This document shows, piece after piece, positions 18,917 to 28,870 of a stretch of 64,000 nt of DNA; position 1 is the stretch's first letter; the number at the start of each line of letters is the position of its first letter. The notes beneath the pieces were generated by a model. That model saw only the letters and a list, made by a program, of their open reading frames with translations, made no database searches and had not been told where the DNA came from. The position numbers and the translations under genes are program-made. Location: positions 62,001-126,000 of the IMG/VR virus record IMGVR_UViG_3300027782_000027; one strand, written 5' to 3'.

Positions 18917-19964
18917 TTAATTGTAATTTATTTATTTCTTCTTGAAATCCTTGAGTTCGTTTACTGAAGTAATCTGAAAATAATTCAATAACGTTCTTTT
19001 CAAATTTTTGAAAATCTGAAAACTCAGATGAAGTATCTAATCCATTTTGATATAATTTTTCAGATATATTATCTTCTAACCAATTTTGGATAAATTCGGC
19101 AACGAAATCAACTAATTTAATTTCTTCTTGAATCCAAATACCATTTTCTTCATTTAACCATGAGGGAACCATCTTAGGTAATACACCTAAAACAGGAACA
19201 TTAGATTTCATAGATTCCAATGGGAAAGTCCCAAAAGAACTTGTTTTATCAATCCAAACTGATAACATACAGTCCTTTAAAGTATTAGCAAATTCTTCTT
19301 CTGAAATTCCTCTCATGTCTCTAAATGTTACCCATCTAAATTGTGGATATTTTTGATAGAAAGTTTTAATCAGATTAATTGCCTCACGTTGTTCTCTTGA
19401 AGAGACTGCGATGATTGGTTTTGCCGGAAATTTAGATGTTGTAAATACAGGTGAAACAACAGGTTCTAATATATCAATTGAGAAGTTTCTCATAATATCC
19501 GAGATATATTTTTTCTGATTTTCAGAAGTTGTTATACATTTTGTAAATCCAAATTGACTCCATACTTGTCCTGGTTGTAAAGTTTCGAAAATATGGTCGT
19601 AAGCTTGTGATAAAACAACTTTAGTACAAGGTAAATTAGTTAATTGTGACATAATATACCCAAAAATTTCAGGAATAATAATGAAATCTTCAGGTGAAAT
19701 CCCTAAATTTTGACCTTCAACAGACTGATGAGGTAAATTAGAATATTTATCACCTAACCATCCTGAAACACCAAAATAATCTGGTTTTTCATGTAACATA
19801 ATCGGATTGTATCCGTTTTCTTTTAACGTTAATCCCATCTGGTAGATATATCTTACCGACGCATTAGCATTTCCCTTTGTGTCCTGAACAAAAAAATAAA
19901 TCTTTGATTTTTTATTTTTAAGGTTTTCAATAGAACCTTCAATTTTTAAAACTCTTTCTTCCAT
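18906..19964 (-). CDS. GT-B fold (GT4-like) glycosyltransferase
   Basis: IIIPE; SSFGTFPLESMKSNVPV (compare EgFGlp.lEAma.G.PV). Confidence 0.75.
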   Translation of the reverse strand: MEERVLKIEGSIENLKNKKSKIYFFVQDTKGNANASVRYIYQMGLTLKENGYNPIMLHEKPDYFGVSGWLGDKYSNLPHQSVEGQNLGISPEDFIIIPEIFGYIMSQLTNLPCTKVVLSQAYDHIFETLQPGQVWSQFGFTKCITTSENQKKYISDIMRNFSIDILEPVVSPVFTTSKFPAKPIIAVSSREQREAINLIKTFYQKYPQFRWVTFRDMRGISEEEFANTLKDCMLSVWIDKTSSFGTFPLESMKSNVPVLGVLPKMVPSWLNEENGIWIQEEIKLVDFVAEFIQNWLEDNISEKLYQNGLDTSSEFSDFQKFEKNVIELFSDYFSKRTQGFQEEINKLQLIEQ

Positions 19965-19967
19965 ATT

Positions 19968-20228
19968 TTAATATTTGTTTATTATTTTATTATTTAATAA
20001 AGTGTTGAATGCCAATTTAAATGGTATTGATAAATTTGATTTATGACCAAGTTTTTCATCAGTTTCTTCACTTTCTGATAGAACAACATCTACCATAATT
20101 TTTATTAGTTCATATTTTACAACACTAATATGTTGTTCACTATCTCCGCTAATACTCGCGTCATATGTAACACTGTCACTAATTAAATCTAAATCAATGT
20201 AATAGTGTTCATTAAGAATTGTCAGCAT
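19968..20228 (-). CDS. Hypothetical protein
   Basis: 86-aa ORF in the operon. Confidence 0.65.
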   Translation of the reverse strand: MLTILNEHYYIDLDLISDSVTYDASISGDSEQHISVVKYELIKIMVDVVLSESEETDEKLGHKSNLSIPFKLAFNTLLNNKIINKY

Positions 20229-20817
20229 CTAATTTATTTTTTAAAATTAACTTTAGTTCTTCGATAGAATTAATTGATTCATTACAATTAATTTTTTCGT
20301 TATAAATTGTATTGAATTTAATACAATTATTATAATTAATAAGAATATTAGGGTTAGAAGTAACTATTAAATCAAAATCTCCTAAAACTTTGGACTTATT
20401 TGAATCATTATAGAATAAAATTGATTCTATTAAACATCCGAACTTTGATAGGAAAAATAAAGTTGCGGGTTTTGTTTTACCTATTTCATCTGAAATTATT
20501 ACGATATCATTTTTATCTCTAAAATCTAAATAAAAGTCATTTAAATAGTTAAAACTTAACAATTCAGTTGAGGGTGAATGACCAAAAATCTCCATGGGAA
20601 ATTCTTCGTATAAAAAACTAAAAAACTCTTCTTTTGATTGAAATGAAAAATGATTCATTAAATCTAAAGAATTAATTGGTTCATTAATTACATATTCAAA
20701 CGGGTTTTCAGATTCAGAATTTTCTAAATTATTATCTATTAAAAATTTTTCGTAAGTGGTTTTAAACTTACCTATAGTATCTCTTAAAACTCCATTAATA
20801 TCAATTCCTATCTTCAT
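20212..20817 (-). CDS. HAD-family 5'(3')-nucleotidase-like protein
   Basis: MKIGIDINGVLRD, a DxDGVL-like motif with Asn at the second Asp. Confidence 0.6.
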   Translation of the reverse strand: MKIGIDINGVLRDTIGKFKTTYEKFLIDNNLENSESENPFEYVINEPINSLDLMNHFSFQSKEEFFSFLYEEFPMEIFGHSPSTELLSFNYLNDFYLDFRDKNDIVIISDEIGKTKPATLFFLSKFGCLIESILFYNDSNKSKVLGDFDLIVTSNPNILINYNNCIKFNTIYNEKINCNESINSIEELKLILKNKLDADNS

Positions 20818-21541
20818 ATCTTTTTAACATTTCAGTAATTAATGGATTTCTAACAACATCACCATCACCAAACTCATGAACACCAATTTCGGAAATATTT
20901 TTAAATTTTTCAATAGCATCCCATAACCCTGAATGTTTTTTATCTTTATATCTATCAGTTTGTTCTAAGTCACCTGATATGAAAAATTTACTATCAGTAC
21001 CAATACGAGTTAATAATAATTTCATTTGTTTAGGAGTTGCGTTTTGAGCTTCTTCAAATATTAAAATAGAATTATCAATATTCATTCCTCTCATATACGC
21101 TAAAGCAAATACTTCAATAACCTCCATTTGTTTTAATTTCTCTCTTGCTTCTTTACCTATGATTTTATTCAATAAGTAATATGATGGGAAAATATACGGG
21201 TCTAATTTTTCTTCAACATTACCGGGTAATGAACCAAGTTTTTCTTCAGCCTCAACTGCTGGTCTAACTATAATAATCTTTTCGTAAGGTGATGTGTGGT
21301 CAGCTAATAAATCAACAGCCGCTTTCATTGCAATAAAACTTTTACCAACACCTGCCGGACCTGAACAAATTGTAATTTGATTTTTAACTAATTTATCGTA
21401 ATACTCTCTTTGACTTTGAGTTAAGAATTTATCTTTACTCTTTTTAATCATAACACTAATTTGGTCTTTTTTAGACATTCTTGGTTTAGCTTCAGTGGAA
21501 ATATACTGAGTGTCTTTGATAATTGTTTTTTTTCTTGTCAT
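20801..21541 (-). CDS. phoH: PhoH-family ATPase
   Basis: GPAGVGKS, RPAVEAEEKLGSLPG, AYMRG, EEAQN and GDLEQTD motifs. Confidence 0.93.
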   Translation of the reverse strand: MTRKKTIIKDTQYISTEAKPRMSKKDQISVMIKKSKDKFLTQSQREYYDKLVKNQITICSGPAGVGKSFIAMKAAVDLLADHTSPYEKIIIVRPAVEAEEKLGSLPGNVEEKLDPYIFPSYYLLNKIIGKEAREKLKQMEVIEVFALAYMRGMNIDNSILIFEEAQNATPKQMKLLLTRIGTDSKFFISGDLEQTDRYKDKKHSGLWDAIEKFKNISEIGVHEFGDGDVVRNPLITEMLKRYEDRN

Positions 21542-21544
21542 TAT

Positions 21545-22369
21545 TTAATTTGTGTGTAACTTTTTTGAGAATAATTGCATTTCAATTATCTGAAATTCCA
21601 ATTCAGGTATATCATATTTTATATCAAAAATTGTTGATAATGTTCTATCAACAATATATTCTGAATCAACTGGATTAATTTCAATATTTAAATTGTATGA
21701 ATTTGACAACATTTTAACTAAATCATATTTTGAGACTTGAGTTGGTGAGATGAAATGTTTAGTTCCCTTCCAAAAATCTTTGTTATTTATAATTTTTTCT
21801 ACTAATTTAGCCCATTCTAAACAAGTTATACCGTTCCAAAAATGATTCAGAAACCCATTAACTTTATTATTTTTTTGACTTTTAACCCATTCAACTAAAG
21901 ACCTATGTTGATTAATTTCTTCCCCAATTATTGAAGTTCGAATTATTGTGCAATTTTTTGGTTCCCCAATAGCCTTAGACATACCATATACATCATCAAC
22001 ATCATATTTATCTTTTTCATTATATTTCCCTTTTTTACCTGAATATACACAATCTGTTGTTGGGTGAATCATGTCCCATTTATTTTTTTCGCAAATATTT
22101 GATAACATTCTTGGAAATACTGAGTTAACTAAAATAGCATTTAAATCCCCTAATTGGTCAACTCTTGGTTTAATAGTACCAATACAATTTATGATAACGT
22201 CTCCCTGATTTACACCACAATTAATTAAAATTTCTTCTAATGTTTTTTCTGTTTGTTGAGAGGCGTCAAGAACATCTCTATTAATTTCGTTAACATTAAA
22301 TTTTTCGGATAAATAAGTGTAAACATATTTACCTAACATACCTTTTGAACCTAAAATATAAATTTTCAT
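21545..22369 (-). CDS. rmlD: dTDP-4-dehydrorhamnose reductase-like SDR
   Basis: ILGSKGMLG, INCIG, TTDCVYSG, YGMSK and IIRTSIIG motifs. Confidence 0.85.
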   Translation of the reverse strand: MKIYILGSKGMLGKYVYTYLSEKFNVNEINRDVLDASQQTEKTLEEILINCGVNQGDVIINCIGTIKPRVDQLGDLNAILVNSVFPRMLSNICEKNKWDMIHPTTDCVYSGKKGKYNEKDKYDVDDVYGMSKAIGEPKNCTIIRTSIIGEEINQHRSLVEWVKSQKNNKVNGFLNHFWNGITCLEWAKLVEKIINNKDFWKGTKHFISPTQVSKYDLVKMLSNSYNLNIEINPVDSEYIVDRTLSTIFDIKYDIPELEFQIIEMQLFSKKLHTN

Positions 22370-22371
22370 AA

Positions 22372-22406
22372 TTTTTTTTATTTTTTTTATTTTTTTTATT
22401 TTTTTA
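22372..22406. repeat. (T8A)3-T7A microsatellite (A-rich leader on the minus strand)
   Basis: Read directly between the rmlC and rmlD genes. Confidence 0.8.
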
Positions 22407-22823
22407 TCTAAAATCTTCTTCCCATATATTCCAATTATCGTGCGGTAATCTTATATCGTCACCTAAACTTTCTTCTAATGAAGTAGTTGAAAAGAAAATA
22501 ACTGAAGTGTTATCTTCTAAATTTTTAAAACCATTATAATGGTTTGGTGGAATAAATAATACTTTTGGTTGTTTTGAACTTAAAATATATTTTGTAATTT
22601 CTTCAGTTTCCATGTCAACAATCCCAATAAGGGCGGTTCCACTCGAAACATAAACATATTTCCCTTCTTTTTTGTGACCATGCCACGCTCTTATAAAACC
22701 TTGCCTATGATTTTCAACTTGATAAAATCTTTTTATATTTTCAAAATTGAAGTCATTAACAAATCTAACCGAACCCCTGTCATCAACAGAGATACCACCA
22801 TTCATTAATTTTTTTGTGTCCAT
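22404..22823 (-). CDS. rmlC: dTDP-4-dehydrorhamnose 3,5-epimerase-like cupin
   Basis: DDRGSV, IRAWHGH and LFIPPNHYNGF motifs. Confidence 0.8.
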   Translation of the reverse strand: MDTKKLMNGGISVDDRGSVRFVNDFNFENIKRFYQVENHRQGFIRAWHGHKKEGKYVYVSSGTALIGIVDMETEEITKYILSSKQPKVLFIPPNHYNGFKNLEDNTSVIFFSTTSLEESLGDDIRLPHDNWNIWEEDFR

Positions 22824-23779
22824 AATAATTCTTTTTGATTTTTTTTATTTGTTAAAAACGCTCCATTGTGGTAAACTTTATCTTCAGGATTTTCAATTCT
22901 ATTTTCTTCAAATAAAGTTACCATTCTTAATACCTCATCTTCAACGGTTGTAATTGGTTTATATTTAAAAACTTTTAAAGATTTTGAATTATCAACACGA
23001 TAATTTCTAGCATCTTGAAAAGATATTTCAGTGTATGTTACTTTAGTATTAGGTACTATTTTAGCAACACGTTCACCTAGTTCTTTAATTATAACATTTT
23101 CTTTTGATAAAACAAAAATTCCGGGATACTTTTCTTTACATGCCTCTGTAATGTATCCTGCAATATCTTTAACCGCAATTATTGGTCTCCATTGTTCACC
23201 TCCATTAATAGTTATAGTACCTTCTTTTACCGCTTTCATAGTTAAAACATTAACAACTAAATCCATTCTAATTCTAGAATATGTGTCACCAAGACCAAAG
23301 ACAGTTCCTAATCTGAAAATTGTCCCATTTTTATCTAAAATGTGTTTTTCGGCTTTAAGTTTTGTTGAAGCGTATGATGATAATGGATTTGTTTCACTTA
23401 ATTCATCTAATATACCATCTTGAGCTCCGTAAACTGAACACGTAGACATAAAAATTAAATGTTTATCAGATGGAACAATATTACAAAAATTTTTGATAGA
23501 ATTATAATTAATTTCTTCAGTTAAAAATGGGTCAACACTACAAGCCGGGTCACCAACTAGAGCCGCCATTAAAACTATAATATCAAAATCTTTAGATACT
23601 TCATAAAGTTTATTAGTATCTCTAATGTCTCCATAAATAAAAGAAACATCTTTTAAATATCTATTTTCATATAATAAATTATCGTAAATAGTTATATCAA
23701 ACCCTTCTCTAATAAGATAATCTGATGTTAATCCTCCGATGTAACCGGCACCACCGACTAATAAAACTTTTTCTTTCAT
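22805..23779 (-). CDS. NAD-dependent nucleotide-sugar epimerase/dehydratase
   Basis: VGGAGYIG, STCSVYG, YASTK and RLGTVFG motifs. Confidence 0.9.
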   Translation of the reverse strand: MKEKVLLVGGAGYIGGLTSDYLIREGFDITIYDNLLYENRYLKDVSFIYGDIRDTNKLYEVSKDFDIIVLMAALVGDPACSVDPFLTEEINYNSIKNFCNIVPSDKHLIFMSTCSVYGAQDGILDELSETNPLSSYASTKLKAEKHILDKNGTIFRLGTVFGLGDTYSRIRMDLVVNVLTMKAVKEGTITINGGEQWRPIIAVKDIAGYITEACKEKYPGIFVLSKENVIIKELGERVAKIVPNTKVTYTEISFQDARNYRVDNSKSLKVFKYKPITTVEDEVLRMVTLFEENRIENPEDKVYHNGAFLTNKKNQKELLWTQKN

Positions 23780-23807
23780 TATTTTATAAATTTATATTTT
23801 TTTACTT

Positions 23808-24632
23808 TTAAAAAACAGGTATTGTTTCAGCTTTACATCCTCCAAACCACCATATACATTCTGAAAATGTACTGAGACGATTGCAAACCAACATATCACA
23901 TTTTGAGGCTATTAACATACTGGCTGCGGAATATTGCATTTGAGTAACATTATTTGGTTTAGTATAAGTTATTACATTATAGTCTTTTAAGTATTCTAAA
24001 TATTCAGGTAAAACACTGTCGTTATCTGAAGTAAGAAAAATAGTTTTTACTTTTGGTAAAAATTCATTAATTGCATTTTTATAAGTTTCAAAATTATAAT
24101 CTCTAATAACACCGTCTCGAATACTTGTACAGTTTGGAGGGTCAAATTGATGAGTCCAAGTTCTTATTTGTATGGTAAGTAATGGGTATTCAAAATCTTT
24201 TGATACTCTCTCAACTTCAGATAATACTTCAGGTCTCCATTTAATTTTACCAATTCCTTTTTGTATTCTATTAAATACTGTATTACATATTAAATTTCTA
24301 TTAAAAAACCAATCAATTGAATGTGTCGAAAATAAATATGATAAATTTTTGTTGACGATATTTGGATGGTCTCCTAATGATTTCGCATCATTTATTAAAT
24401 CCGGTTGTTCATTTTCTTCTGATTTTAAAATAAGAAATCTTGCAGAAATAAACGATTGACCAAATTCATGAGAACCATGACAAATTAAACTATCGTCTAA
24501 AATTTCTTGATAATCAGCATCAAAATGAGCATCAAATCTAGGTAAAAGATTAGTTTCACCTATACTTAAAGCTGTAACAAAAGATTTTAAAACATTACAT
24601 AAACCAGATTTTATTTCTACTGTAAATTTCAT
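23808..24632 (-). CDS. Fucosyltransferase-like GT-B protein (NodZ/GT11/GT23-like)
   Basis: SGLCNVL, IQIRTW, IFLTSDN and STFSECIWW match the GLGN/HIR/FLASD/STFS pattern; start taken at MKFTV. Confidence 0.6.
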   Translation of the reverse strand: MKFTVEIKSGLCNVLKSFVTALSIGETNLLPRFDAHFDADYQEILDDSLICHGSHEFGQSFISARFLILKSEENEQPDLINDAKSLGDHPNIVNKNLSYLFSTHSIDWFFNRNLICNTVFNRIQKGIGKIKWRPEVLSEVERVSKDFEYPLLTIQIRTWTHQFDPPNCTSIRDGVIRDYNFETYKNAINEFLPKVKTIFLTSDNDSVLPEYLEYLKDYNVITYTKPNNVTQMQYSAASMLIASKCDMLVCNRLSTFSECIWWFGGCKAETIPVF

Positions 24633-24639
24633 ATATATT

Positions 24640-25563
24640 TTATTTAACAAATTCATTAATTAAATTAATCCATTTTTCACGACAACGCTCTAATGTGTAT
24701 TCTTTTGAATAATATTCACGTGGTGTAAATAATTGACGATTATTTGTAACATATCTTATTGTTTCAGGAAAATCTTCGTCATTAGCAACTAATCCCCATG
24801 TTTCATCATCTTTTCTATCTAAATAACACCCCATAGGTCTTGCGACCATTGGTATATTACACGCACCTATTTCTATCCCAGCAAAATGACCTTCTTCATT
24901 TCCCGATGTACAAATACCACATACTGATGAATTAATTAAAAGTCTAACTGTAGTTGTGTCAACTCTATTAAATATTTTTACCCTATCTTTACTATGAGAA
25001 GGAATAATATCAATTGTTGTATTATCTTTCATTACTAAACAAAAATTAAAATCAGGCATTTGCTCAATTAGATTTAAAACTCTATGAAATCCTTTTTTTT
25101 CATTAGAAGAATCACCTATAAAAATAATTGAATTAGGTAAAACATCAGGATGTTTTTCAGGGATGGGTTTAAAAAAATCAAAATCAGAAGATTGTTCAAT
25201 TATCCTTACGTTTTTTGGATTAATTCTTTCTTTGTATATATTATACGTTTCTTTTGATGCAAATACCACACATGTACATGAATTTATGACTTCAGTCTGC
25301 ATTGGATTGTTCATAGTATCTTGTATTAAACAAAATGTTGGAACATCAATATTAAGTTTACGAAAATAACTACCGTTTCTAATTATATAATCTGGGCGAT
25401 TCTCAATTGATTCTATTCTATCTGCTAATATAGAATAATCTGTATATCCATCGCATTTATCTTGAAGATTGGGAAACCAATCTAATAAGTCATGCCAAAA
25501 TGTTCTTGTATTAGGAATACAAGTCAATCTATCATTAACTAACCACCCAATTTTGTTTTTCAT
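24640..25563 (-). CDS. GT4-like glycosyltransferase
   Basis: KKGFHRVL; CTSGNEEGHFAGIEIGACNIPMV (EX7E motif). Confidence 0.75.
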   Translation of the reverse strand: MKNKIGWLVNDRLTCIPNTRTFWHDLLDWFPNLQDKCDGYTDYSILADRIESIENRPDYIIRNGSYFRKLNIDVPTFCLIQDTMNNPMQTEVINSCTCVVFASKETYNIYKERINPKNVRIIEQSSDFDFFKPIPEKHPDVLPNSIIFIGDSSNEKKGFHRVLNLIEQMPDFNFCLVMKDNTTIDIIPSHSKDRVKIFNRVDTTTVRLLINSSVCGICTSGNEEGHFAGIEIGACNIPMVARPMGCYLDRKDDETWGLVANDEDFPETIRYVTNNRQLFTPREYYSKEYTLERCREKWINLINEFVK

Positions 25564-25585
25564 AATATATTTTATTTTTTATTTT

Positions 25586-26557
25586 TTATTTTTTATAAAT
25601 GTCTAACCAATAATTTATCATTTCGTCCATCATCGTTTCAAAAGTATATTCAGGTTTCCATCCTAAAGACCTAATTTTACTTGAGTCTCCTTTAAGATAT
25701 GGTAATTCTTCAGGTCTTAAAAACTTATCATTTTGAACAACGTAGTTTTTATAATTTAAATTTAATTTACTAAAAACATATTCACACATATCTCTAACTG
25801 ACCTAGATTCTCCAGTGGCAACAACTAAATCGACTGGATTATCTTGTTGTAATATTAAATGCATTGCTTTTACATAGTCTTTTGAATGTCCCCAGTCTCT
25901 GTAAGAATCCATGTTACCAAGTTCTAATTTATCAGATAAACCTAAACTTATCATCACCGCGGCTTTAACTACTTTATTGGTAACAAAATTAGAACCTCTA
26001 CGAGGAGATTCATGATTGAATAAAATACCATTGTTGGCATGTAAATTATACGCATTTCTATAATTTCGAACAATGTTATACCCAAATACTTTACTACACC
26101 CATATGGTGAAACTGGATTCATATGAGTTGTTTCTCTTTGATATCCATCAGGGTCTACCGAACTTCCAAACATTTCCGAACTACTCGCTTGATAAAATTT
26201 TGATTTAGGACAAATTCTACGATAAGCGTCTAAAATATTTAAAACACCTAAAGAATTAACTTGTGATGTAAATTGTGGGATATCATAACTAATACGTACA
26301 TGACTTTGAGCTGCTAAATTGTATATCTCATCAGGTTGTATTTCATTTAATAATCTTTCAATATTAGATTGGTCTAATAAGTCACCATAATATATATTTA
26401 TTTTGTCTCGAATTTCGTCAAGTCTACTTTGTTGATGTTCAGGTGTGGAATTTCTTCGTATAATACCATGAACTTCATATCCTAATGATAAAAGATATTC
26501 TGCTAGATATGACCCATCTTGGCCACTCACACCGGTTATAAATGCACGTTTAATCAT
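25586..26557 (-). CDS. gmd: GDP-mannose 4,6-dehydratase
   Basis: ITGVSGQDGSYLAE, YNLAAQSHV, QASSSEMFG, SPYGCSK and LFNHESPRRG motifs. Confidence 0.95.
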   Translation of the reverse strand: MIKRAFITGVSGQDGSYLAEYLLSLGYEVHGIIRRNSTPEHQQSRLDEIRDKINIYYGDLLDQSNIERLLNEIQPDEIYNLAAQSHVRISYDIPQFTSQVNSLGVLNILDAYRRICPKSKFYQASSSEMFGSSVDPDGYQRETTHMNPVSPYGCSKVFGYNIVRNYRNAYNLHANNGILFNHESPRRGSNFVTNKVVKAAVMISLGLSDKLELGNMDSYRDWGHSKDYVKAMHLILQQDNPVDLVVATGESRSVRDMCEYVFSKLNLNYKNYVVQNDKFLRPEELPYLKGDSSKIRSLGWKPEYTFETMMDEMINYWLDIYKK

Positions 26558-26566
26558 ATTTTATTT

Positions 26567-27190
26567 TTAACTTTTAAAAAAATTCATTTTAGTCAAATCT
26601 GGCCAATCCTCATATTTCCATTTTTTAGGATTTGTATTAATAGCGTTAGATAATTTATCTAATCCTAATTTGGCAGTCTCAGGAGTCATATAGTAATGGT
26701 AACCCATAGTATCAATATTTTGTTCTCTCCATGGAATATTGGGTAGTCTGCCGTCATAACTCATTTTTTTTAACTGAATAGCATCTTGTTCGTTGTCCAA
26801 AAGAATCATACCACCTCTACCTAAACTTAAATGTTTTTGAAATTGAAAACTTAAACACATATATGTGTTTGGAATATAACTGTCTTTTTTCCACAATACT
26901 GCAGCGTCAATTATTCTTTTTTCTTCGTAATTTAAAGTGTAATAATCTTCCCATTTTTCATCTCTCCAATTTAATCCAATTCCCAATTTTTTAGACAACA
27001 TGGGTATGGATAAATAAGTTCGTAATGGGACATTAATTTTAGTAGTATTTGTTAGTCTTAAACATAACTCGATACCATGGGTACAACTATCTACAGCAAC
27101 TGCATAAGGGGCATTGTAAAATTGTGATATTTTTTTTTCAAATTCCGTCACAGTATCCATATTCACTTGTTCCATAAGATTAGTAATCAT
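26567..27190 (-). CDS. DegT/DnrJ-family PLP sugar aminotransferase (short, 207 aa)
   Basis: AVDSCTHGIELCL, IIDAA and SFQFQKHLSLGRGGM (PLP lysine). Confidence 0.8.
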   Translation of the reverse strand: MITNLMEQVNMDTVTEFEKKISQFYNAPYAVAVDSCTHGIELCLRLTNTTKINVPLRTYLSIPMLSKKLGIGLNWRDEKWEDYYTLNYEEKRIIDAAVLWKKDSYIPNTYMCLSFQFQKHLSLGRGGMILLDNEQDAIQLKKMSYDGRLPNIPWREQNIDTMGYHYYMTPETAKLGLDKLSNAINTNPKKWKYEDWPDLTKMNFFKS

Positions 27191-27707
27191 ATCCTAATTT
27201 TTTTGCATTGTAAAGTATTCTTGTACTATCTATTTTTTTAACTAAAATTGCTGGATTTCCTTTATATACCCCCCATTCTTCAGTATCACCCATTAATAAA
27301 CTACCTGCAGATAATAGAACACCCCGTCTTAATCTTGAGCCGGGTAATACAATAGAATTTGTTCCGATATTAGAAAATTCTTCCATAAAAACAGGTTTAA
27401 TTATTTGAGTACCTTTTAATTCTTCAGGTATCATTGCTCCAAATAATCCACTATCATCAAATCTATCTGAACCACATACAATTCTAGCTCCGGCCATTAT
27501 GTTATTAAACCCTTTAGCCGTAAAATCTGAGTTTTTACCACCTATAATTGTCACATAAGGACTAATATGTGTATAATCACTAATATATAATTTTGTGGTA
27601 CAATAAAATCCTTTATCTATTGCAACATGATTACCTATAACACAATTATTTTTTTCTTTTATTATTATATCTAAATCTAAAACAACATCATTACCTATTT
27701 TCATCAA
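27180..27707 (-). CDS. Hexapeptide-repeat (LbH) sugar acetyltransferase
   Basis: IGTNSIVLPG...GVLLSAGSLL and GNPA motifs. Confidence 0.85.
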   Translation of the reverse strand: MMKIGNDVVLDLDIIIKEKNNCVIGNHVAIDKGFYCTTKLYISDYTHISPYVTIIGGKNSDFTAKGFNNIMAGARIVCGSDRFDDSGLFGAMIPEELKGTQIIKPVFMEEFSNIGTNSIVLPGSRLRRGVLLSAGSLLMGDTEEWGVYKGNPAILVKKIDSTRILYNAKKLGYDY

Positions 27708-28114
27708 ATAAAAGTTTTATCAATTGTTTGACCAAAATACGGCCCTGTTTTATATTCATATACAATAGTATCGTCTTCTAAAATCAAATAATTATGACCA
27801 CCATTAAATGTAAAACTAATATCACCTGCGGATAATATAGGTTCTGCAATCACATTATCATCAATGTCATAGAAAATACATTTTACCTTTCCTTTTATAA
27901 CACACCAACTTTCTTGAGGTATATAATTTTCGTCATGTCTTGGGATTATGTTATGTTTGTGAGGTTTAAATGTGTGTCCTTTAGATAATTTTAAACTGGC
28001 ACACTGAAGATAGTTTTTATCAGTACTTAAATCGGTTCTTTTGGAAATAACATCAGATAATCTCACAACTTGATGAAGGAGTTCTCCATTAATTTTAGAA
28101 TATATTTTTTCCAT
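27704..28114 (-). CDS. Cupin sugar isomerase (WbuC-like)
   Basis: PHKH...QE...GGH...YEYKTGPY motifs. Confidence 0.75.
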   Translation of the reverse strand: MEKIYSKINGELLHQVVRLSDVISKRTDLSTDKNYLQCASLKLSKGHTFKPHKHNIIPRHDENYIPQESWCVIKGKVKCIFYDIDDNVIAEPILSAGDISFTFNGGHNYLILEDDTIVYEYKTGPYFGQTIDKTFI

Positions 28115-28137
28115 ATTATTTTTTTAATTTTAACATT

Positions 28138-28866
28138 TTAATCATCTTTTTCACCTTCTTGTATGTGGTATACTAATGAATCAAAAACAGTTACGTGTTT
28201 CATACCATAGTTTGATTCAAGTTTTCTAAAGTACCAGTCATCTCCACTTTGTACGACCCAACCGTTTAATGTTCCAATTCCGTCAGGGTAAATATTACCT
28301 TCAGGGTACTTACCACTCTCTAAAAATCTTGTTTTTTCAAGTATACATGGCATATATAATCCACCTGAATAAATTTTATCTTCTCTTATTGTTGTATTTA
28401 CCTTTTCCCAAAGTTCGAAATCAATATTATTTGGGTGTTTTCCACAATTAATACTTAATCCATATGTTCCACTTCCCATTTTTCCGCTTTCAACTAATCT
28501 AGATGTCGGAATATTAATTCCATCATGATGTTTTAATAAATTTTCTAACCAACCATCACTAAAAACCATATCAGAATTGACGAAACATATATTGTCATAT
28601 TCACTGGTTTCACCCGCAAAATTCCAACATCGATATACTCGATTTAAATAATAATCATTAGGTTTTGTGTCATTATAAATTGTATATGGAATATCTAAAG
28701 TTTTTAATTTATCTAAAATTTCTTGTGTTGCGTCATTCGCTACAATTCTCAAACTAACATCCCACCCATTAACCTTACATTTGTTACTTTTTAATTCATT
28801 ATAAATTAATTCTAAATAGTCAATTGATTTAAAAATTAATGAAATTATTTCAACGTTTTTTTTCAT
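28138..28866 (-). CDS. GT-A fold glycosyltransferase
   Basis: WNFAG...CFVNSDMVFSDGWLENL; LVYH. Confidence 0.75.
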   Translation of the reverse strand: MKKNVEIISLIFKSIDYLELIYNELKSNKCKVNGWDVSLRIVANDATQEILDKLKTLDIPYTIYNDTKPNDYYLNRVYRCWNFAGETSEYDNICFVNSDMVFSDGWLENLLKHHDGINIPTSRLVESGKMGSGTYGLSINCGKHPNNIDFELWEKVNTTIREDKIYSGGLYMPCILEKTRFLESGKYPEGNIYPDGIGTLNGWVVQSGDDWYFRKLESNYGMKHVTVFDSLVYHIQEGEKDD

Positions 28867-28870
28867 GTAT

